In this document: positions 52,544-64,000 of the stretch, piece after piece
Layout of the letters: every line of letters starts with the position of its first letter
Position numbering within the stretch: the first letter of the stretch is position 1
Assembly: GCA_905331295.1 (NCBI GenBank)
Contig: CAJNYD010000035.1
Location: 124,001-188,000, forward strand
Direction: 5' to 3'
DNA length: 64,000 nucleotides
DNA from: Rotaria socialis
Lineage: Eukaryota
Notes under the pieces: generated by a model
What the model saw: the letters and a program-made list of their open reading frames with translations, nothing else
Told to the model about the DNA's origin: nothing
Database searches by the model: none
Program-made: the position numbers and the translations under genes

Positions 52544-55405
52544 ATGAATCCATCAAAAAGATTCAAAAATGAAAATAGTAATAAAGATAGTGATGATGAT
52601 ATTATCATAATTGAATCAACAAAAGCATCAGTCATTCATGAATATTGTCAACATATTGATAACATAACAGGTGAATCGTGCAAAGAATATTATGCAATTG
52701 TATGCATTCATTGTAATCTTTATTTATGTTATATACACGTTGAAATACATCGGGTATTATTAATCAATGAACGAGACAAGCTAGTAAATGAATTGAATGA
52801 ACGTATTGAAGAAATAAATCAATTAATTGAAAATCCAGATAGAATACAACAATTATTAATAGAACAAATGGAAAATAGAAAGAAAACGAAAGTTTCTTTT
52901 ATTCATCAATTAAGTTTAGAAAAGTTAATCAATATAAGCAAAATAATCAACGACTTAAAACAATTATTTGAACCCATTCGAATTGTTCTCCAAAAAACTC
53001 GATGTGTTAGTTCAATTCAAATTAAAAAAATTCAAGAAAGTTTTCTCAAATTCGATGAAAATAAAAAGGTAAAAAGATTAGACACAAGAAATGAACATAT
53101 TTATTTCTGAAGCTTCTCGTTATGTTTAACAGATATTAATCAATAATATAGTAGACTCAATTACTATTAAACAACATCACTCGGTTAATCTGTTTCAGTT
53201 ATCAAATCTTGATAGACCTTGTCGACAATATGAATTACCTGTACACCATTCTGTACATAATGAAATGGCAGCCAGTGAAGATGTGCTTGTTATAAACGAT
53301 CGGGAACATGTTCTGTTATTTAATTTAACAAATTGCTTCGATGATACTTTAATCCCAGAATTAATTGAATGGAAAAATTGTGTTGATGGAAAAATTATCG
53401 ATATACAATATAGTTTGTATCTGAAATTATTTTTCATTTTAACTGATGAAAAATTATTTTCATTGAATCGTTTATCATCATTGGTTTGTCTGTATCGTTT
53501 TGCATCTCTTCCATGGTCATGCACAATAGTGTTAAATTCAATTTATATTTTATATAAATATTCCACAATCATTGAACAATGGACATTTCAACAAACATCA
53601 GCAATACAACTAGTCAAACAATGGAAACTAAATGAAATTCTAACAGAATCCGAACATGATCGACATTTGAAATGTATTAGAAGTAATCCTAGTCAAAGTC
53701 AGCTGGCGATTTTAATTGTAAGTTATTCAAGAAGACGGGTGAAGTATAGTAAAGATAATATTTTAATAATGAGTATAAACTATTTAAAAAAGGAATTATC
53801 CTATTTAGTATAGCACAAAATCTCTCTTATATCGTTTGCAAAACAAAAATGATTTCAATTCATAATGTTTCATGAATTCTATGTAATTTAGTACACATCT
53901 ACTAAATCTTAGATCCTAGTAGACATCAATAGTGATTTTTCATTTCAAAAATTGCAGGATAAACTGCTTCAAATTATGAATGTCAAATAATTTAACACAT
54001 TGACTGTGGAGATTTTTTCTAAAGATGAAATATAATTTAAATTTCTCAAAAAAAATCTAAAATCAGATATTTCCGTGTAAGAACAACAGTGTATTACGTT
54101 AGACTTACATCAGAATCATACATTACAGTATTTTCAAGATCAACGGAATGTTCTCATAGCCTTAATGAATCGTCTGCATTTATGAGTAGTCTTATGGCTC
54201 CATAATATACTAAATAGCCTGTTTTCCATGCAATAGATACATTCATTTTTTCACCATCTAATATCCATAATCCATTAACTAAAATTTACACCGTAACAAG
54301 ATATATGAAAATTGTAGTGTTATTAAAATTTTAGATTTTATTGGATAGAACAATGAAGATTCGGGAAGAATAGAAGGTCTTGATAGCACACTCATTCAAA
54401 ATGATCATTTTCAGGAGAGCGGCTCACGTTCCTAGAAAATTTGCCACTCTTAATAAAATGTTCTTATTTGTGGATGATAAGCTTTTCGTTTTGGAAGATT
54501 ATTCTTACCAAGAATCACTACGACATTATTCCAGTAATGCATTCAGCATTTGAGAAGACACTCATTAGACATTTTTATAGCCTCCTCAAAAATTGTTCTC
54601 CTTTTACAGATTTGACAACAATAGTAAATAATTCATTGATGTTAAACTCTAGCATATTGTCAGATGATAATGATATTATTAAAACTTTTTAAAAAGGTTA
54701 AATAGTGTTCGATATATGATTCTGACTTCAACTATATTCATATAAGAACAACGTTTGATTTAGGCTGGTTACTATCATTCATTGTTACCTTATTTAAAAC
54801 AAATGAAATATGTTTTTTTCTAGAAATCTTTTGCTGAAAATTAGCCAAAAGATAGGTCATTTTATCTGAAAAGACTATATTGTATATTTACTCACACTGA
54901 ATGTTCATTCTGTAGTAGAACCACAGCTTTACTAATAATAGAAAATTTCTAACATGATAATACTTCCAGGATTTTATGTAGCTTGACGGATAGATATTTC
55001 ATCACATTTTGAACGTAAAAAAAAAGAATCAATCATCTGTGAATTCTTATTGGTCTCTAGATTAAGATTTTCTTCTTTTAGGAAGATGATGAATGTCGTT
55101 GGCGAATAGCATTATTTGATCATGATATGAATTATTTACAGCAAACTAATATGCTTCCTAATGCTTCAACAATAGATTGGAGTCTTATTTTTTCATTCAT
55201 TTCCGATCAACAATTAATAGTTATGGATACAACAACAGAAACTATTTATTTAATCACAATTAATGAAAGTACGTCAACCATCAACTATCAACAGTATTCA
55301 AATTCAGACTATCCAGCAAATGCATGTAGGATAACAAACAATGACTGTAGTCAATTAATTCTTAAAATGGTCAAACCAAATATGCTCAAATTTTTTCAGA
55401 TTTAA
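52544..55405 (+). CDS. Hypothetical protein: B-box-like Cys/His finger, coiled coil, beta-rich C-terminus; 3 exons
   Basis: Exons 52544-53068, 53133-53717 and 55082-55405 join in frame; CQH...C......CIHC...LC..H motif. Confidence 0.7.
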
Positions 55406-55775
55406 TAAAAGATTTTCTATTTTGTATTTAATTGATTTTTGTACTAAGATCGTTGTATTTTCACTGTTTAATACTTAAAATCAAATTTGTCGATATTTTT
55501 AATATTTATGTAGCCATTATGAAGATAAATCTGCTGAAATAAACGGTGATAATGAATAGGAACGAAGAATATCGTTGAAATCAAATTAATTTATAAGAAA
55601 AAAAGAAAAAATAATAAATGGTAAAAAAATTTACAGATATTTTCTATATGTAGTTTATTTTGGATTATATACAACTATTCTGCAGAAATGAAGACGATTG
55701 ATGTTACTGTCGGTAATTTAGATAAAAAATATAAACAAGAAGTTTTCTTTTTAGGACAACATGTCGTGACCAAAT

Positions 55776-56035
55776 ACTATTATCCATTCCAGAAGTCAAG
55801 GCAGTCGGTTGTTTTTTGAATAACGTTTGATAGGAACAAGATAGAGACCTGCGTTTTTCACTGTTTGATAGCCAAGACCCAGATACATATTTCCACAAGC
55901 AAAATATTTTCTAAGGAAAAANATGTATCTGGGTCTTGGCTATCAAACAGTGAAAAACGCAGGTCTCTATCTTGTTCCTATCAAACGTTATTCAAAAAAC
56001 AACCGACTGCCTTGACTTCTGGAACGGATAATAGT
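55776..56035. repeat. Long near-perfect inverted repeat (113-bp arms)
   Basis: Arms 55776-55888 and 55923-56035 differ at one base; the 34-nt spacer ends in an N at 55922. Confidence 0.9.
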
Positions 56036-57119
56036 TTAAACACAAACAACTTCGTTCGGATGCATGCAATATCATTAGCATATGTAATTGACTCATCATT
56101 GGTCGATTCAAAGTGGCTATCAATTTTCTTTCTTTTTTTAATGCAACTTTTCTCGTCATAATCTCTGTGTTGGCAGACTTAAAAAGCAACTGAATGCCTC
56201 GATCGATAAAAAAACAAAATTTATCGACTGCATCCAAACCAATAGATGGAATTATTATGAAGAAGAACTAGTCGTTTATTTACATCTACCTTCTGCTGCA
56301 TACACAGATGAGGACAAGATGTTTTCCATATAACTTCAATGCATGATTTAAACGATTATTTTCTCTGAAATCTTAATCATGACTAAATAATGTCGTAAAT
56401 CTTTTGATCCGAATTCTATAGTGTTTCATTGATTTTCAGAATGATTTACTTGCAATGATATTCTACCTTTATATAATCGTGAAGATAGAGCGTGATACTT
56501 TCAGGAGGCTCGTCGTCAATAAGACATAAATATATTTATTTTATAGAAATAATGATTTCTACTTCCACATCAGATATAAAGTAATATACAGGTATTAATG
56601 TGTAGCACTCAAGAACTTATATTAATTGAAACGCATCTTTTCTTTAAATCATAACTAATATTAACTTAATCAGCAACTAGCGCCATCGTAAAAAAAAGAA
56701 TTTATCGCAATACATGATATGTAGCATGTACGAATCGTTGTTGTTTTTTTTATTCGTTTAGTTTAAGCTGCCAATCTCAAAGGTAACAAGCTAAAGAAAT
56801 TTTTACTACATTTTTTAGAAGAGTTCCTTTATTGTTAATGCAAAAACTATTTACTTGATGATAGTGTATTATAAAACTTGATCAATTGAAAAATAAACAG
56901 TTATCAAAATATTGATTATCAAAACCAGCATTAAACGGCAATATGCAATTCTAACCGTAAGTTAATTTTTATGATGGTGAAGCTATTTGAGCTTTTTTTT
57001 GTTTTGCTCCTTTATATGAAATACATTTTTTATTCTTAGTTTCATTTTTGTTGAATCATCATCATTCTTTCATACAGTTCAAGTCTTTAGTTATACAATT
57101 TTAGATATTTTCAGTAATC

Positions 57120-57814
57120 ATGTATTATGAAACTAAAGAAGGTGACAATGAAATCAAATTATTGTGTTCGATCCAAGAAAAAATAGCTGAAGAAAATGAA
57201 CTAAGTGATGATGAAGTAGAAATAAAAACTAAAAACAATCGAAAGCGTCGCCGAACTGAAGCATCCATGCTTGAAGAAGAAAATGAAATCGATCGATTAA
57301 GTAACGTTCGACCGAAGCGCGCAGCAGGTATATTGAAAGAATATTTCTTTTGTTTTCTGTTTATTAATTTAAAAAATATTCTCTAGCAATGCGTGTCAAT
57401 GAAATCAACAATGGTCGTCGAAAGATCGACGAATTTATTTCAAAAAAAAGATCACCTAAAAAAAGTCTCAAATCTTTGAAAATTGGATCGATTTTACCAT
57501 CGATACCAATTAATGATTGTGAAAATTGTCCAATATGTGATCGACTTATATCTAACGATATACTTGAAATACATACTAATGCTTGTTTAATTAATAATAG
57601 TGAAGCGGGCAAAGAATTAATTGAAAAAAGTAAACAACGTGCAAAAACTGATGCTGAAATTAAAGAAGCTTTATTTCAACGAATAACTCGTCAAAACGTA
57701 GCAAGCCATTTGATTAGAAATAACAGTGAAACAACTACTTGTCCCACATGTGGGATGCAAATGACAGTTTCTCGTCTCGAAAATCAACATAAAAATGAAT
57801 GTTTGAAACGTTAG
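57120..57814 (+). CDS. Small protein (~211 aa) with NLS-like basic patches and two UBZ-like zinc fingers
   Basis: Intron 57328-57386; CPIC...HTNAC and CPTC...HKNEC; RKRRR. Confidence 0.75.
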
Positions 57815-59306
57815 ACATAATTTAGTTTTGTGATATCTATGTCCATTTTATTTTTTATATCGGATCTGGTTTATGAACATTTTTCTCTGGATTATTGTTG
57901 AAAATTATATTTATATGTTGCTTTTGTTTATCATTAACCGATAAGCTCCTTATTTTCTGTATACATAATGTGTTCTATTTGTTTGCTTTTTATGTACTTA
58001 TCAAGAACTTAGAAATATTTAGTTGCTGTGATTAACATAGAAAAATTTATATATATATATATATAAACTTAAAAATATCTGAACTAATGACTTAGATTTA
58101 ATTTGGTACAGATCCATCAATGTTTAGTGAAAATAATTTTTAACTAATTGTTTTTTAAAACGCCTTTAAGAAAAAAGATTTTTCATACTTTTTATAGTTT
58201 TGTTTTTTATATAAAACAGTTCGATTTTTTTCAGCGCAGTGGCCTATTGTTTTCATAACTCTATGGAAAGGATAGCCTTATTGAGTTAGATGAATCGTAA
58301 GGTGACTATTAACTAATAGCCTATTGATTGAAAGCTGTTGTTATACAAAATTGTTATTTGCTATTCTTTTGCCTTCCAGATATGCAATCATGTTCTACGT
58401 GTAGATTGACAACATCTGCTATAGTCTCATATATATATAAGCTAGGTGTTGTTTTTTGTCAACTTTTCTCTCTTTTAAAAAGTCTACTTTCTTTAGAAAA
58501 ATCAAAATAAAGATGATTAAATGAGAAAAGAGTCCGAGGTCAGATCTTTCATGAACAACATTTTTGTTTTATTTCACATCTCGGTTTCTTTCCGAAAATT
58601 TTGAATGATTCTTATCAACTTTTGTTTCAAAAGCTTTTTTTATGAAAAAAAGGTAACAAATATCTTTTCGTTCTAAATTCTGCCTAGGCTTTACTAATTA
58701 CACATTCAAGGATTCTTGGAAGAGCTTCATTGTAGTTTGCTGCTGATTTTTTCTCTTCACAATACATATAAATCTGCAGTGGATGGTTGAATCTGTTTTT
58801 TTTCTTAATTAAGTTTTTTTTTGCTTTACTATTATATGAAACAGCGTTTCTATAAATATGATTATTTTTTAAACGTATTAAGGAATTGAATTTTTTGCCT
58901 TCGTTCTTAGCATAAAAATTTTAAATTAAAAAAAATGAACAAATTTTTCAGTCAGGGAAGTCTGACATGCACCTTCCAATGAGAACAAACAGAATACACA
59001 CAATGAAACGCATATAGTGCGTCTGACGTGTTACCAACTAAACTACTAAATACTTTGATTTGTTGAAAACTTTTGTCAAAAATACCGTAGTTTGTGCTGA
59101 TAAATTTCAAGTTATTCTAAAATCTATTGCTTATGATGAACGTCGAAGAGTGAAAACACATTTATTAAATAATGATGTTACTTCTTTTAATATTTTCAAA
59201 AAATCACTGTCAATTTAGCAAAAGAAAAAGGTATTTATACATAGAGGATGCACACATTAATAGATAAAATCCGAACAAAAACGAGTTAATATAAAGTTAT
59301 TTTATA

Positions 59307-60175
59307 TTAGTTATGACGAGAAAATATATCGATTCGATCAGTCATGGCCACAAATATGTCTCCCTTTTTATTTACTGCTAATGATTCTGGATATTCGATA
59401 CCACTTGTTATTAATTGTTGAAATTCACCATTATCATCAAAAAGCACTAAGCGATCATTATGAGAATCAGCTACAAGTAAATGATTTGTGTCGGGAAATG
59501 CAGTTATACCACGAGGACTTGAAAGTGCTTGAGGAAAAGCGGATGATGTTTCACTGCCAAAACGTTTTACAAAAGTTCCCTCAAGTGTAAACTTATGAAC
59601 GCATGAACCTACATAATTATAAAAATATAATTGTGAATTTGTAAAAACAAATTACCTTGTGGGTCTGTTATATAAACATATCCATTAGCTGCTGTACAAT
59701 ATGCCAGTGAGCTAAATATATTTTTATCTCCGAAAAATCGTATGATAGTTCCACATCGAGGATCATAAACTTTGACTTGTCGATTAGCTTGATCGCATAC
59801 ATAAATTGAATCATGTTCATCAACGCAGATACCTTGATAATTAGTTGAACCAGCTTGAATATCATCACAAGCTATTGTGCGTGTCAAACGAAGATCACTA
59901 CTCAAGATTAATACTTCTAATTCATCACTCATCAATACTTGATTATTACTCATAACAGCTAAACCATTTTTTGTTCCATAATGACTTATAATTTTAGCGA
60001 GTTTATTATCTTCTGTGAAGGCAACAACGCGTTTATTTTTTGAATCAGCAATAAATAGTAAAGAATCCGATGGACGATAAGCAATACCACGAGGTTGATT
60101 TAAAAATGATTTTCCAAATTCAAGTGAACCAAGTGAATTGATTACTTTTAATTGCATCTCAGATGTATTGGCCAT
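59307..60175 (-). CDS. NHL-repeat beta-propeller protein, ~273 aa, 2 exons
   Basis: LNQPRGIA...FIADSKNKRV, GICVD...YVCD.ANRQV, LSSPRGI...LLVADSHNDRL; intron 59655-59609. Confidence 0.85.
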
Positions 60176-61567
60176 CTATGTAGAGAAGAAAACTATGAAT
60201 ATAACTGACAATGTATAATCAATTTTTCTTCGTCATTTTCCGATCTAATACGTTTGCTGTCTGTGTGCTTCGGATGTTAGCTGTTGCCTTCAGTAGAATC
60301 AAACAATTCTGTATAAGAGCAAAACCTTCTCTCACTAATAATTATATGTGGGACACAACAAATAAAATCGTTTTCTTCTTCTTCTTATACCTTATTATAA
60401 ATAAATTTGAAATGTTGTATAATCGAAAACCAATGAGAATGGTTGATTGGCAAAACTTAAGCTACTACACAATCGTATATTTGCGATCTTATATATAAAG
60501 GGAAATTGACGTCAATGCCAATATGTTATGACCATGATGAAACTAGATAGATAGCTAGAGAGAGAGAGAGAGAGAGAGGAAGAAATATGTTGCCCGTGTT
60601 GTACCAATGCAATAAACTCTATGAAAAAATAATGTCTATATGTGCATAATGTTTCTTGACTATCGTTTTCTTTAGCCTGCAAGCTGGCGTGTGGCATGCG
60701 TCATTCGAGAGATAGAGAGCCTCGCAAAAAAAATACACAAAAAATTCTAGATACCAATTATTAAACTATTTTGTGAAGTCCTTGAGACAGTAGCGCTTTC
60801 TTCTTACTAATTTCCTTTTTTTATAGTCGAGATATAGCATGAAACGAAGACCATTTATGGATCATATGGAAAAAAAACTCAAATTTGACCTGATTCAATG
60901 ATTTCATTTGTTTTTCTTAGCGTAACTGTAATCATTGCAGGACTGATACGCTAGGGAAAGATTATCAATATGACAAAAAAATACATACACGTGTATTCTA
61001 TTTTTATATCTTCCGCTTTTTAGCGTAAACACATTGATAATGCTTATGTTGATGGATGCTGGAATAAATTGAATCCATAAAAAAGAAATCTTATCTATCT
61101 AGTTGTATAATAGTCCATAAGAAAATGTTTGCATTTTTTTATTAATTTTATTGTTTTTGTACTTTTTTTTTTATTTGAAAGTTTTCATTTTATTTATCAC
61201 TGTGCAAATAGACACGAAAAACAAAACACAAAAATGTGAATAGTAAAAAGCAAAGAGCATTCATAAAAGGAAGTAAAAGAAATCATTGTTGATAAATAGT
61301 AGATCATATTTATGCGCGAATGTGTTCATATTATATAATCAGAAAAGAATAAAGTTAAAAAAAAAGAGTAGATTCATTCATATGAGACTGAAACGAAAAG
61401 AGGTTCAACGGAATGTGAGGAAAAATTAGTACAACGATGTAAATCTTGATTTCATGAGAACATGTATTATCAGTTCGCGAAATTATCTCTAAAGGAAAAC
61501 ATAAAATACTTTGACCATCAAATAAATCATAATGGATTCTTTGTTTTATTATTGAATAAACTCGCTA

Positions 61568-62234
61568 TTAATTATTTGTTGGTTGTTGCGGCGTACTATA
61601 GCGATCAGCAGACTGTGGGGGAGCGTCAGTTCTGATTATAAGAAAATGGTAAACAGCTTCGGCTGTATAAGTAAGAAATGCTGCGAAACCAAAAAACTAA
61701 AGGAAAGCAAATAGAAAAAAAATGTATAGTTGTTTTCTTATCATCCCTTTCGAACTAATTATTTACCGTTGCACCACCGTACGCCCCATCATAGCGTGCT
61801 ATTGTCGCAATAACAATACTTGCAATAAAATAAAATAAAGCAATGAATGCGCACCAACCAAGTTCCTGAAATAAATCATGCTGAAGGTTTATACAAATTA
61901 TTTCGATGACTTACAGTGTACTTCCAAGGAATTATTATACACAAAACATTTAAATTGAATATGAATATAATGAATAGTACAAAGGTTAATATAAGTGCCA
62001 GTATGGAAACAAATAAAAAAAAACCTTTGTTTCCGCTACTACCACTGATAGTCGGTGCAGCACCACATAAAATGACTGCAAGTAGATCACAAAGCTAAAT
62101 ATAATAATAGATATCATTATTCTTATTTTAAATAGCCATAATATACTTGCCAATTCAATCATTTTGAGTATACCAGGTACTGATTTTATATAGTCAACAA
62201 CATGATTACAGTATCCTGATGATGAGCCACTCAT
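61568..62234 (-). CDS. MARVEL-domain membrane protein (plasmolipin/CMTM-like), 4 exons
   Basis: YIKSVPGILKMIEL, four hydrophobic helices, GATFFGFAAFLTY; first intron is GC-AG. Confidence 0.85.
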
Positions 62235-63587
62235 GTTTGAAATATTTTCTATTTAAATTTTTAAATCTACCAAAAACTAGATGAGCAAAATTTTTTTATT
62301 TGAGAATAAGAAGAAAAAAGAATAGGATACGTTGGTTGCAAACGGTCAGACATAGAACGTCCATTCCACCACCTTTCGTTTCCTTCCGTCAAAAGTCAAT
62401 AGGACGACAACGTATGGTAAGTGTTCTATTTGGCGTACGGCCGTTAAAGAAGAAGAAATCACGAACGAGAAAAAAACGGGGCTAATGGTAAGACCACCTT
62501 CATTGAGTAACTAGTAGCCACTAATAGATCCGTCTATTGAACAAAGGCTGAGCGAGTTTGTCAATAGAAAGCAATCTCACGTTAGTTTGGACAAATAGAA
62601 CTAATAATGAATAGTTTCGTTTATTGACACAAAAAAAAAGAAAATAATGGATTTATGTTGAAAGAAAAAGAGAGAGAGCAAAGAGAAGAGAATTTCTTTT
62701 CTTAAGAACCCATTTTTTCTCTTCAAAAATAATATCTTCATTTTTTTTTACCGTCAGCTAAGTAAACAAGTGCTTCCTTCGGAGCACCGAAAGAAGAAAA
62801 AACGAGAAAAGAATTTATTTAAATTTTCATCAATCATAGTTGCTGCTACCGTAGAACGGAACGGGGAGAGAGAGAGAGAGAGAGAGAGAACAAGAGAGAA
62901 CAAGAGAGACAAGCATATGGTTCGACAGAAATGAATCATTAGCTAACAAGAATTCAATTGGTTCATATTCACCAGTAAGATTTAGTTTTTCCACCATGAT
63001 AAACAATCGTTTGCCTCTACTTTTCGGATTATTTCTCATTTTGTTGTTGCTATTGTTTTTTTTTCTTTTTTACTACATGATCTTATTCTTCTAGTGCTTT
63101 GTATCTTAATTTATGAAAAATAAACTTAATAAATAAAAGGTCGTTTTATTTCTTCTTTTGTTTTGTTTATTTAGCGGATCAATATATGTTGACAAGGCCG
63201 AAATGTTTCCGTAAGTGCATAGCGACGGACGGACAATCGAACGTAGTTCACGATGCTGTGTTGTCCGCCCTATTGAGAAAGAAACAAATGTTTCTTGCAG
63301 TCATCGATCGATCATACCTACTTATGTGCCTCGTGCATAAATAAAGTCGGAGCTATTATCGTCGCCATTAATATCGTTTCATTACGCACAAAGAATTCGA
63401 TCAGCTGATTTCTACCTTCTGACTCCTTCAACATTACTGATAATGTGAGATTCAGAACAAAAAAAAATTCTGCAAATATGCGAAATAATTTTCTTTTGAA
63501 AAGAAAACAGAAAAATTTTACTTCTCTTTTAGCATTATATCGAATATATTCATCTACACATAATATTATTCTTCGATCTCTCGATCG

Positions 63588-64000
63588 ATGGCCGAATCAA
63601 CAATTGTTCTTCGAAGTCCCGTAAAACCTGTAACAACATCAGTGCGATGTTCATCACCAAACTCATCTTTAAATTCACCTACACGTAATAGTACTGTTAT
63701 TATTCTCAAAGATAATAATAATAATGATCAACAACAACAATCAGCATCGACACTTAAAACTTCAGCAAATAATCATTTATCATTCCCATCGTATGGAATA
63801 TGTTCTTCATTAAAATTCGATTCAACTTTTTTCTTTTTTCTTTTTTCTTTTGTGTCTAGTCTGAAATCAGTTCAATCTAAACTCTATTACGCCGGTTATA
63901 CTGGTTTATATAATTTGGGTAACACATGTTACGTCAATTGTGTACTCCAGTTACTTAGGTTTGATAACGATGAATCTAATTTGTATGGAATCGAAAATAT
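63588..64000 (+). CDS. Ubiquitin-specific protease (USP, peptidase C19), 5' part only
   Basis: Cys box YTGLYNLGNTCYVNCVLQLL in exon ~63860-63958; runs off window. Confidence 0.85.
   Translation, partial: MAESTIVLRSPVKPVTTSVRCSSPNSSLNSPTRNSTVIILKDNNNNDQQQQSASTLKTSANNHLSFPSYGICSSLKFDSTFFFFLFSFVSSLKSVQSKLYYAGYTGLYNLGNTCYVNCVLQLLRFDNDESNLYGIEN

Noticed and set aside
55704..56161. Two ORFs sharing an identical peptide on opposite strands
   Set aside because: A by-product of the palindrome.
60556..62910. (GA)n tracts near 60556-60580 and 62865-62910
   Set aside because: Ordinary microsatellites.
1..64000. CRISPR arrays, rRNA, tRNA, intact transposase or reverse transcriptase
   Set aside because: None recognisable by eye; tRNAscan-SE or Infernal would be needed to exclude small RNA genes.

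Overview
AT-rich eukaryotic (metazoan) genomic DNA with many ~50-60 nt GT-AG introns. By inference it is most likely a bdelloid rotifer: it carries bdelloid-style GPCR, ART and receiver-like families, bacterial-type enzymes with introns, and TGTGGG telomere-like motifs. About 17 genes can be assembled by hand. Minus-strand cluster at the start: Dcd1/Ntn-hydrolase-like (partial), SDR and an ABCC4-like transporter. Then atypical soluble guanylate cyclase, TMEM41B and GEN1. An accessory island follows (orphan GPCR, ART-domain pseudogene, bacterial-type PLP decarboxylase fusion, receiver-like protein). A long plus-strand run holds JPT/HN1-like, PAN3, an unknown gene, RBM24, WDR13, a B-box-like protein and a UBZ protein. 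The window ends with NHL-repeat, MARVEL and partial USP genes. Several MITE-like elements are present, one with a clear 8-bp TSD. Most notable: two operon-like gene pairs with ~100-bp spacers ending in TTTCAG|ATG (candidate SL trans-splicing); a chimeric, probably horizontally acquired decarboxylase; an O2-sensor-type, CAAX-tailed sGC lacking the catalytic Asn; scattered telomere-like repeats; and a candidate poison micro-exon in RBM24. All gene models and family calls are manual and unverified by database search.
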